Positions 1 to 7,408 of a stretch of 32,000 nucleotides of DNA are shown one piece after another (position 1 is the first letter of the stretch; each line of letters opens with the position of its first letter). Under the pieces are notes generated by a model. The model made no database searches. It worked only from the letters and a program-made list of their open reading frames with translations, and had not been told where the DNA came from. Position numbers and translations under genes: made by a program. Source of the stretch: Bdellovibrionales bacterium (GTDB lineage: Bacteria > Bdellovibrionota > UBA1018); assembly GCA_018266355.1 (NCBI GenBank), contig JAFEAP010000023.1, positions 151,758-183,757 of the forward strand, written 5' to 3'.

Positions 1-1242
1 CTTCGAGTTCGCAAACGTCGGCTTCCCGGCTTCGACGATCTCCGGGAACTTCTTCGCGAGCCGCTTCGATTCGGCGCCGTTCTTCGAATAGAGATTCGCG
101 AACTTCACGATCCAAGCCGTGCAAAGCTCCGTTTTCTTCTTCAAGCAAAGGTCGCCGTAAGCCTCGAGGTGCCGCGGGCGGAGGAGGTAGGTCGCGTTTT
201 CGGCGGTCGCCCGCTGGAACGCCTTTTCGAAAAGCCGCGTCGCTTCGCCGTTCGCTTTCCGTCCGACCTTCGCGAGCGCTTCCGCGAGCTCGGCTTTCGC
301 GATTTCCTTCGGGGCTCCCGACCACCAGGGCGAGTAAAGGTAGAGGTCCTCGATCTTCGTCCAAGCCGAGAGCGCACGGAGCGAGTCGGCCTCGATTTTT
401 TTCCAATCGGCCTTCTTCTTCGCGTCTTCGTCGTCGGTCGCCGCGATCGCCGATTCGGCGGCGCGGATCGAAGCTTGGCCGCGGATCGCGAGCGCGTGGT
501 CGGCGAACTCGCCGTCGCGTTCGACCGGGGCGGCGAGCTTCACGGCTTCGTCGAACTTCTCCGCGTCGAGCGCGGCCGAAGCGGCCGCGAGCGCTTTCGC
601 GGACTTCGTCGCCTTCGTTTTTTTACCGACGATCTTCGCCCGAAGTGCCGAGCGGCGGGCTTCGTAGCTCGCGACGGGATCGATCGCGGCCGGAGTCGCC
701 GTCGCGGTCGGCGTCGGGGCCTGAGTAGGCGACGGCGCGGCGCGGGCGACGGTCGGCGCGGAGAAGAGCGCCGAGGCGAGCAGGCCCGCGGCGAGGAATC
801 CCACTCCGGCAAGGGAGGCGACCGAAGATCCTTCGGACTTCAGTTTCGTGAGCGCGCGTTCGCACATCCCGGCCTTCAGCCACGCGCACGGCGCGCAGAT
901 CGTGCGCATCGTCTCGACGGTGATCCGCTCGCGGATCTTCGCCTTCGCCTCGCCCCAGCTGAGACGGTCGCCCGGGCGGATCCCGAGCGCGGCGGCGTGG
1001 GCGTCGTCGAGGGAGCGAATCTTCGCCTCGGTTTCGCAGAGGTTGCCCCGGCGGTTCGGGCACGGCTCGCAGATCGAGTCCGTCCGGGCGGTCACTTCGA
1101 TTTCGAGCGCGTCGCCGCCTTTCGACTCGCGGAGTTCGCGCGCGAGACGCGCGTAATTCTCGACGAAGGCTTCGCTATAGCCCTTGCCCTCGAAACCGAT
1201 CGTGCAAAGGAAATGATGCGGACGAAAACGAATGTCGGACAT
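1..1242 (-). CDS. Partial fusion protein (C-terminal end lies off the window): N-terminal DUF1284-like Cys-rich domain, one hydrophobic helix, then a periplasmic-looking alpha-helical region
   Basis: Absent from the ORF track because it runs off the left edge. Hand translation from ATG at 1242..1240 gives MSDIRFRPHHFLCTIGFEGKGYSEAFVENY...DSICEPCPNRRGNLCE...ICAPCAWLKAGMCE, then VASLAGVGFLAAGLLASALF. The frame stays open for 414 codons down to base 1. Third-position GC bias matches the neighbours. It sits 15 nt downstream of the HAMP gene on the same strand. Confidence 0.6.
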   Translation of the reverse strand, partial: MSDIRFRPHHFLCTIGFEGKGYSEAFVENYARLARELRESKGGDALEIEVTARTDSICEPCPNRRGNLCETEAKIRSLDDAHAAALGIRPGDRLSWGEAKAKIRERITVETMRTICAPCAWLKAGMCERALTKLKSEGSSVASLAGVGFLAAGLLASALFSAPTVARAAPSPTQAPTPTATATPAAIDPVASYEARRSALRAKIVGKKTKATKSAKALAAASAALDAEKFDEAVKLAAPVERDGEFADHALAIRGQASIRAAESAIAATDDEDAKKKADWKKIEADSLRALSAWTKIEDLYLYSPWWSGAPKEIAKAELAEALAKVGRKANGEATRLFEKAFQRATAENATYLLRPRHLEAYGDLCLKKKTELCTAWIVKFANLYSKNGAESKRLAKKFPEIVEAGKPTFANSK

Positions 1243-1257
1243 GGGCCCTCTAGCGGT

Positions 1258-1794
1258 TCAGGGCTGTTGGAAGAAGGAGAGGGCCTTGATCGCCCCTTCG
1301 ATTTCCTTCCGCGCGGCCTCGTCCTTCGTCGCGGCGAGCGCGCGGTCGAGGTGGGTCTTCGAAGCGGAGATTTGGTCGGCGACCGACTCGACCATGAAGT
1401 TGTAGTCCTCGGCCAGTTCTTGGAAATGGTCGTTCTTCCGGAAGCCGACCTTCGCGAGCGATCCGTTCCGAAGGCCGTTCATCGTCTTCGAAAGCTTGAA
1501 GAGCGGGCCGGCGATCCGGTGGCTCATGAAGAGGCTCATGAGGAAGGTCATCAGCATGAAGCAGACCTGCATCAGCGCGAGCCAGAAGAGCATGTCGTGC
1601 CGGGACTTCTGGAGGAACGGGATCATCGGGCCGTTCGGATCGGCGGAGATGTACTTGAAGAACCAATCGTAGAGCTGCGAGACGAGCATCGGATAAATGA
1701 CGCTCAGCACGAAAAGCCACGAGCACACGTAAATCGCGAAACGGACCTGGAAGGGCCGGTTGATCAGCAGGATGCGGCGGCGAAATTGGCTCAT
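1258..1794 (-). CDS. Small two-TM membrane protein with a HAMP-like linker and no output domain
   Basis: 178 aa. Two hydrophobic helices (FAIYVCSWLFVLSVIYPMLV, MLFWLALMQVCFMLMTFLMSLFM) are followed by a HAMP-like SHRIAGPLFKLSKTMNGLRNGSL...RKNDHFQELAEDYNFMVESV and a short helical tail. True ATG start. Confidence 0.75.
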   Translation of the reverse strand: MSQFRRRILLINRPFQVRFAIYVCSWLFVLSVIYPMLVSQLYDWFFKYISADPNGPMIPFLQKSRHDMLFWLALMQVCFMLMTFLMSLFMSHRIAGPLFKLSKTMNGLRNGSLAKVGFRKNDHFQELAEDYNFMVESVADQISASKTHLDRALAATKDEAARKEIEGAIKALSFFQQP

Positions 1795-1868
1795 GACTTC
1801 TCGATTTTAGGGGGCTCACCGCGTAAAGGAAAGTCGAAAAGCCCCCGGAAAGCGGATAAGAGGAGGGC

Positions 1869-2354
1869 ATGAATTCCGACGCGATCACCATCCGTCCGGC
1901 GCGGGTTTCCGACCTCGACGCCCTCCATCGCCTCGAAGTCGAGTGCGTCGGCGGCCAAGCCCTACCGCCCGCCCAGTTCCGATGGCTCCTCGAGAGCCAA
2001 GGCCCGGATCCGTCGTTCATCGTCCGCGTCGCGGTCGACGCCGATCGGCCCGACGAGCCGATGGGATTCATCTGCTGGAAGCGGAAACCCGATGCGGCCG
2101 CGCCCGCTTATGAAATCCTCGACCTCTCCGTCGGGAAGCTCTACCGCGAAGAGCGGGTCGAGCACGCGCTCCTCGCCGACGCGATCGAGCGAGCCACCGC
2201 CGACGAGATGTTCGGGATCGCCGTGAACGTCGCGCGCGCGAACCTCGCGGCGGCGGCGTTCTACCTCAGCCACGGTTTCAACGTCGGGCACACCGTCGAG
2301 AATTACTACGCCGACGGGACCGCGATGGAAGTTTTCCTGAAGCGGATTCGTTAG
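1869..2354 (+). CDS. GNAT-family N-acetyltransferase
   Basis: 161 aa. IRPARVSDLDALHRLE at the N-terminus and a C-terminal core AVNVARANLAAAAFYLSHGFNV...YYADG fit the GNAT fold. GAGGAGGG lies just upstream of the ATG. Confidence 0.85.
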   Translation: MNSDAITIRPARVSDLDALHRLEVECVGGQALPPAQFRWLLESQGPDPSFIVRVAVDADRPDEPMGFICWKRKPDAAAPAYEILDLSVGKLYREERVEHALLADAIERATADEMFGIAVNVARANLAAAAFYLSHGFNVGHTVENYYADGTAMEVFLKRIR

Positions 2355-2362
2355 CGGATTCG

Positions 2363-3235
2363 TTAGTCGTTCTTTGCGGGCAGGCGCCAGATCCCGTACC
2401 CGTCGGCATCGAACTCGAAAGGTTCGAGTTCGTCGTTGCCGTACTTTTCGTGGATCTTGAGAAGCGCGTCCACGCGGCCGACGGAAAGCTTCCACTCGTC
2501 GTCCCCGTCGAGGAGCATCTTCCGGCGCGCTTCGAGGAACGCTTTCATCCACGTGAATTCGTCCGCGCCGCGCGCGGGCGTGGCGCCGCCTAAGCCCTCC
2601 TTCGTCCGCTTCACGAGTTCCGCGATGCCCTCACCGTAACCTTCGCCGTGCTGGACGAAGGAGTCGTAGATGACGAGCCAAGACCAGACGTGCTTCAGGC
2701 CGAGTTTTTTCGCGAGTCGGGCGGAGGGTTTGAAGTAGCGCCGCTCGGCGACGGCGTCCTGGGCTCCGCGGAAGTCCGCATCGTGTTCGAGAGCCTTCAC
2801 CGCGGCCGCGAACCCCCGCGCTTCGAGGCGGCGCACGTTCTCGGGACAGCCGATTTTCTCGTCGAACGCGTCTTCCATCACGGCGCGAAAATCGTGAAGG
2901 GGATTTCCCGGATGGATGCGGTCGTACTCGGCGAGGAGCTCCCCGCCGTCCTGGCAGGTCGTGAAACCGATCTTTCCGAAGGTGATCCCGCGTTTATCGG
3001 AATCGCGGAGCCGCTCGACGTAGGCGTACTGGGGCAGCGGCGTCGAGTTCTCGAAGAGGGTGGTGATCTGCTCGATGATCGCGCGTTTCTCCTCCGGATC
3101 GGTGATCGCGGCGGGCTCCCGATCGGCGACGTGCGCGCAGCCGGAGAGGAGGGAGACGAAGGCGATCGAGAGCGGCCCGAGGCCGCGGGGAAATCTCACC
3201 TTCCCAGGATAAGGTGCTGGCGACTCCCCCTGCAA
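2363..3235 (-). CDS. GH46 chitosanase-like lipoprotein
   Basis: LFENSTPLPQYAYVERLRDSDKRGITFGKIGFTTCQDGGELL matches the GH46 catalytic-core pattern (ENS Glu, downstream Asp, RG.T.G..GFT). Lipobox is VSLLSGC. The track start at 3235 is a TTG. A GTG at 3199 would give a cleaner lipoprotein leader (VRFPRGLGPLSIAFVSLLSGC). Confidence 0.8.
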   Translation of the reverse strand: MQGESPAPYPGKVRFPRGLGPLSIAFVSLLSGCAHVADREPAAITDPEEKRAIIEQITTLFENSTPLPQYAYVERLRDSDKRGITFGKIGFTTCQDGGELLAEYDRIHPGNPLHDFRAVMEDAFDEKIGCPENVRRLEARGFAAAVKALEHDADFRGAQDAVAERRYFKPSARLAKKLGLKHVWSWLVIYDSFVQHGEGYGEGIAELVKRTKEGLGGATPARGADEFTWMKAFLEARRKMLLDGDDEWKLSVGRVDALLKIHEKYGNDELEPFEFDADGYGIWRLPAKND

Positions 3236-3309
3236 GTCGGGCTCGCGGTCGTCAAACCACCGTCAGTGTGTTTCGAGGATCGAAATGCGTTGGGAATCTA
3301 CCTTGTTCC

Positions 3310-3768
3310 TCAGATGGTATCGCTACGAGGAGGAGGATCGACCGGCGGGGTTCCGGTATTGTCCCAATGCTGCTCCTGATTTCCTTTTGCCTTCGTTTTT
3401 TCGGTTAAGAAATAGCCATGCGAACCCGTTACGCGATAGGTCTTTCCGTTGGATTTGTATTCCAGGGGAGTCTTCCAGCCGTCGACATAATACATTTGTG
3501 ACTGGCAAAGTACTTTACCCATTTGGCAGTCTTCTTTCGCGACGTTTTTTCGAAACGCCTTAATTTCTTTCAGGCTAGTCGGATACTTTCCGTTTTCTGA
3601 CTTCATGATTTCCAGAAAATAATGCCACGTATTCAGCGTGTCTTTGGTTGTGTCGCTCGGACCGGCAAACATGTCTCCGAATGTTGGTGACAGATAAAGG
3701 AATACGCCAGCAAAGGCTACGCTTCGAATTGCAATTCTCCAGACCGATTTTATTGATTTCTTACGCAT
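3310..3768 (-). CDS. GspG/pseudopilin-fold protein with an uncleaved-looking membrane anchor and no prepilin leader
   Basis: 152 aa. TLNTWHYFLEIMKSENGKYPTSLKEI and YYVDGWKTPLEYKSNGKTYRVTGSHG parallel the T2SS GspG globular-domain pattern (..Y..dnG.YPt.., DPWG.pY.Y.s.G..y.l.S.G.DG). The N-terminus MRKKSIKSVWRIAIRSVAFAGVFLYL lacks the G/FTLIE prepilin motif. It sits 24 nt downstream of the metzincin gene. Confidence 0.55.
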   Translation of the reverse strand: MRKKSIKSVWRIAIRSVAFAGVFLYLSPTFGDMFAGPSDTTKDTLNTWHYFLEIMKSENGKYPTSLKEIKAFRKNVAKEDCQMGKVLCQSQMYYVDGWKTPLEYKSNGKTYRVTGSHGYFLTEKTKAKGNQEQHWDNTGTPPVDPPPRSDTI

Positions 3769-3792
3769 AAAATTTCGGATCGCAGTGCGTGA

Positions 3793-6162
3793 TTATCGTA
3801 CGATCGTGATCGTTTTCGTAGAAATATCTCCTTCTAGATCTTGAAGAGTGACGCTGAAACGATCAGTCATCATGTTGTTTGAAGTTGGCTGGTAGGTCAA
3901 AGTGCCATCGTGATTTTGAACAACTAGCCCGTACTGTCCTTGTGTAAAGGTTTTAATTGAGACGACGGTATTTGATTTTTTTCGACAAAAATCGGGCACG
4001 GGATCAATAGTCACAGATTTTCGCCGCCAGTGAACTGCTTGGTCTGGAATGGTTTTGAGAAGATCCAAGTCAACAACGCGAAGCAGCTCTGCCTTTGTGA
4101 TTTCAAGTTCGTTTGTTTTCTCAGTCGAATCTTTCAACAATCTGGTGATCGTGGCTCGAAGATTAAACAACTCCAAGACAGCTAATATCTTTTGCTTTTC
4201 GTCGGAGCTATTTGGTCGACGTCTCATGCACGCCCGGCCTTTAAGAGTGGCTTCAATTAACTTCGCCTCTATGAGGAGAATATCGCGGCCTACCCGGGGT
4301 TTTGCTTTATAACTAGTTTCAGCAACGGCTTTAATGGCATCGATAAGTAGCTTAGAGGATGGATTGAAAGTCTCAAGAACTTGATTATTTCTGACTACCT
4401 GAACGTTATTTGGAATATCCATTATAGGGATTTGGACTAAAAAGAAGCTCTTCGAAACAGGCCGGATGTCGCCGTTATCCGTAATGAGACCGAAGCTTGG
4501 CGCGAAACTAGCCTGACCCACAACTTCACCCTCAGAATCGACCAGTTGAATCTTTCCCTCGGCGCTGGCTTCATACGGAGTGGTAGTTCCAGCAGGAAGA
4601 AAATAGGCAGAAAGTAGTTGAACTGTGTTGGTTTCCGAGACGAATCCGGAAATTACCATCACCATTGGATCAGATGGGGAAATTAAAAGCCTTTGAAACA
4701 GCGAAGAATACTCACTTGAGGAGATCCATCTGCCAGTGAGATTTTCTCGGAACCTAAGGCTTCCTTGCCCCATGAGATCAGCCGCATCCAAGATGGGCTG
4801 ATTTTGGTCGACCCAAAACGAGTTTACAGTTGCCGCGTTGTACGCGTGGCCTATGCCAAATAGGTGTGCTACCTCATGTGCCGTTGCCGACCAAAAATTA
4901 GTTCGAACAAGGGCAGAATGAGGTTGGAAGAGTGATTGGCCCGGGATCGGGGCGGGCGCCATCCCCGCTGCGTCGAGTGCATGATCGTCGAAATATTGGT
5001 CGGAAACCAATCCAATCGCGACATTGGCGTTTGTGGAATTTCTCTGGCTCATTACAGCTCGAAGTTCCAGTTGTCCTAGATCTTCTTCGATGGCGTCGTT
5101 TCCAAGAAGGTTGTCCGAGTCTAATTTAGTCGATGCCGCGACTGAAGATCCTACTGAACTGAAGACGCTTCCTTTCGCAACTGGATACATTCCTTCGAGT
5201 AATGGCGTAGCCATCGCCACATGAGTTTGAACATCGTTTAAATCCGGACCATTTCCTGTTCCCACGATGGGAAAATAGCTTAGATCGATTGAGGAAGTTC
5301 TTTTTACTCGGATTGTCTTTTCGATCGATGCATCGCTAATGCCCTCGCTAAAGGTCTTGATTGACAACCTAGTTGCCGTGATGTCGGCCACTGACACCGG
5401 GGAAAAGGTGACGTATTTCCCCGAATAATCTTGAGCCGAACTTAGGGTTAGTGATCGAAGTGTCGACGTGGTTTCACCGAGGGAGAGACTAACGTTTATG
5501 TTGATGGGCCGCGCGATGGCGGGTCCGTTTATGAGCGACACCTTCGCGGTGATTGCTGCCGCTTTGTCTAGAACTAAATCGTAGTCGGCGGTACTGCCAG
5601 GCAGCTTCGCGTTTGGGACTGCTTGAGTCACCGTAACGTCGGAAATTGTTATTTCCGGATCGGAGCTCGGGGTCGGAGATGGAGTAGGGCTAGGGATAGG
5701 CGAAGGTTGCGGGCCAGGACCTTGAACGAAAATGCTTCTAAAATTTAACCAGATGTCTTTAGCGGAGTTGGTCGGAAGGAGACCATTAGTGCAGGAGAGC
5801 CGATTTGCGAATCCGGTGATGTGATTCGTCCCCGGCACGAGATTCAGTGGAGTTACTTCGCTATTCGCGGATTGAAGAACGCAATACAAATTTCCAATTT
5901 CCGTAAGGTCGAGCGTGATGTCTATGTACGTGTCGACGAGCTCGCCATTTAGTGGCGACATTTCGAAATATGTACTCGCGAAACTTTGGCCGCCCGGCCA
6001 ATAGGGATTGGCGACGGAGGATAAGAAAATCAGGGCGCCATCAAAGAAATAAGGCGCGTCTACCGAATCTATCAGGAGGCTGTAAGTGGTGGGTGGATTC
6101 GACGGAACGGTCGCGAAATAGCGTCTCCGGAAAATGCCCTGGCTGGTCGTGACCGCTGACAT
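3793..6162 (-). CDS. Large multidomain zinc metalloprotease (metzincin motif HEVAHLFGIGH) with a Pro/Ser/Thr linker and a C-terminal cadherin/Big_9-like domain; possibly a pseudogene (see leader ORF)
   Basis: 789 aa. Carries an HExxHxxGxxH motif (TAHEVAHLFGIGHAY), a PSPIPSPTPSPTPS linker, and a C-terminal GLVVQNHDGTLTYQPTSNNMMTDRFSVTLQDLEGDISTKTITI typical of Ig/cadherin-like repeats. The annotated Met has no signal peptide. Confidence 0.75.
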   Translation of the reverse strand: MSAVTTSQGIFRRRYFATVPSNPPTTYSLLIDSVDAPYFFDGALIFLSSVANPYWPGGQSFASTYFEMSPLNGELVDTYIDITLDLTEIGNLYCVLQSANSEVTPLNLVPGTNHITGFANRLSCTNGLLPTNSAKDIWLNFRSIFVQGPGPQPSPIPSPTPSPTPSSDPEITISDVTVTQAVPNAKLPGSTADYDLVLDKAAAITAKVSLINGPAIARPININVSLSLGETTSTLRSLTLSSAQDYSGKYVTFSPVSVADITATRLSIKTFSEGISDASIEKTIRVKRTSSIDLSYFPIVGTGNGPDLNDVQTHVAMATPLLEGMYPVAKGSVFSSVGSSVAASTKLDSDNLLGNDAIEEDLGQLELRAVMSQRNSTNANVAIGLVSDQYFDDHALDAAGMAPAPIPGQSLFQPHSALVRTNFWSATAHEVAHLFGIGHAYNAATVNSFWVDQNQPILDAADLMGQGSLRFRENLTGRWISSSEYSSLFQRLLISPSDPMVMVISGFVSETNTVQLLSAYFLPAGTTTPYEASAEGKIQLVDSEGEVVGQASFAPSFGLITDNGDIRPVSKSFFLVQIPIMDIPNNVQVVRNNQVLETFNPSSKLLIDAIKAVAETSYKAKPRVGRDILLIEAKLIEATLKGRACMRRRPNSSDEKQKILAVLELFNLRATITRLLKDSTEKTNELEITKAELLRVVDLDLLKTIPDQAVHWRRKSVTIDPVPDFCRKKSNTVVSIKTFTQGQYGLVVQNHDGTLTYQPTSNNMMTDRFSVTLQDLEGDISTKTITIVR

Positions 6163-6180
6163 TCCACTAAACTGTGAGTA

Positions 6181-6294
6181 TTAAAATATCCATTGGGACG
6201 AAAGAATTTCGTAGCCTTCCGCTTCGGCGGTCGCGGTGAAAGTGAAAAGACTTGCGAGACCAAGAAGTGCGAAAAGGAAGGAGCGATTCAGCAT
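6181..6294 (-). pseudogene. 37-codon ORF encoding a textbook Sec signal peptide, in the same frame as the metzincin ORF and separated from it by a single TAA
   Basis: Hand translation gives MLNRSFLFALLGLASLFTFTATAEAEGYEILSSQWIF, then TAA at 6183..6181, then YSQFSG followed by the Met at 6162. Positions 6294 and 6162 are both divisible by 3, so the frame is identical. Confidence 0.6.
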
Positions 6295-6489
6295 ACGTGC
6301 CTCGGGTAATGGGTGTATCGAAGAGTGTTGCCTGGAAATCGCCACCGAATAATGAGTCCTTCACGACACCGAGTGGGCCTTTTGGGTGACAAGACGGAAT
6401 CTTGATAGGGTGAGGCCACTTACCTCGCTTTTAGTTTTTGATAAGCTCTTCGCTACTGAGTCGGAAACGCCCGATTCGATTTTTAGCGT

Positions 6490-7407
6490 CTATCTACGCG
6501 ATTCGATCGAAAGCTGCGTGATCGAGAAGAGGAGCACGAGCGCGGCCGCCGCCTGAACCCCGGCGAGCGGGGCGTTCAGGAAGACCGTGTTCAAGGTCAC
6601 CGCCGTGACCGGGAAGAGGAGCTCCATGAACGTCGTCTTCGACGCCGTCGTACGCAGCATGCCCTGGTAGTAAAGGATGAGCGCGAGCATTCCCGGCACG
6701 AGCGCGACGTAGAGAAGAGAGCGGAGGATCGTGAAATCGCCGAGCTTAGCGAACGAGGCGGCCGCGCCGCCGTCGGAAAACGAGCCCGCGAAGGCGAGCA
6801 TTCCCGCGAGCGTGACGAGGCCGAAGACGAAGCGCCAATACGTCACGACCATCGGCGGGAGCTTACCGACGACGCCTTTTCCGACGACCGTCGCGAGGGC
6901 CCAAAGTCCGGCCGCCGAGAGGGCGTAGAGCGAACCGCGCGATTCGGCCGCGCCACTTCCCAAACTACCGAGGAAACCGAATTCCCACGTCGGAAAACTG
7001 ATCGTGAGCCCCGCGAGGAGCGCGAGCGGCGCCCAGATATAGAACGTCTTCTTCGGGCGCTCGCCGAGGAAAATCGAGGCGAGCAGGACGACGAAAACGG
7101 GCTGGAGTTTCTGGAGCAGGATCGAGACGGACGGGTTCACGTACTTGAAACTCGCCGTGAAGAGGACCGTCGCCAGCGCCGAGGCCCCGCCGCCGAGGAG
7201 GAAGAGGCCTGCCCACTGGGGCGCGGAGACTTTCGTGAGCTGCTTCCGGTGCTTCACGAACATGAACGGGGTCAGGAGCGCGACCGCGAGCGCGTGATCG
7301 AAAAAGACGACGAACGTCGGGTCGAGTCCGTGCTGGATCAGCGGGTAGCGCACGAGCGCGTCGGTCGCCCAGAGGATCGCGGCGAGTGCGACGAGCAGCG
7401 GGCCCAT
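6490..7407 (-). CDS. EamA/DMT-family transporter
   Basis: 305 aa, about 10 hydrophobic helices, two EamA-like halves (ILWATDALVRYP..., ALSAAGLWALATVVGK...). One nucleotide separates the trmFO stop from this start. Confidence 0.85.
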   Translation of the reverse strand: MGPLLVALAAILWATDALVRYPLIQHGLDPTFVVFFDHALAVALLTPFMFVKHRKQLTKVSAPQWAGLFLLGGGASALATVLFTASFKYVNPSVSILLQKLQPVFVVLLASIFLGERPKKTFYIWAPLALLAGLTISFPTWEFGFLGSLGSGAAESRGSLYALSAAGLWALATVVGKGVVGKLPPMVVTYWRFVFGLVTLAGMLAFAGSFSDGGAAASFAKLGDFTILRSLLYVALVPGMLALILYYQGMLRTTASKTTFMELLFPVTAVTLNTVFLNAPLAGVQAAAALVLLFSITQLSIESRR

Positions 7408-7408
7408 G

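Larger units (their letters stand above)
3290..6485. other. Low-GC island (candidate horizontally acquired DNA) holding the GspG-like gene and the metzincin gene
   Basis: Hand count of line 4081 gives 23/60 G+C, against 36/60 for line 7081. The whole stretch is visibly AT-richer than both flanks. No integrase, tRNA or terminal repeats were seen at the edges. Confidence 0.6.

Noticed and set aside
169-1872. 567-aa plus-strand ORF, the longest in the first 2 kb
   Set aside because: It is Arg/Gly/Asp/Glu-rich with no motifs. It lies antisense to two minus-strand ORFs that have clear domain signatures (DUF1284-like, HAMP). This is a typical high-GC shadow ORF.
6181-6183. The TAA as evidence of stop-codon reassignment
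   Set aside because: TAA terminates several well-supported genes in the same window (fliC, trmFO, the TPR lipoprotein, DUF350). A genome-wide recoding is therefore not supported.
3236-6489. Island borders searched for tRNA genes, integrase, att-like direct repeats or terminal inverted repeats
   Set aside because: None found by eye. Only a trivial 9-nt repeat (CGATTCGAT) occurs near 6470-6510. The island is therefore reported as compositional only, not as a defined mobile element.
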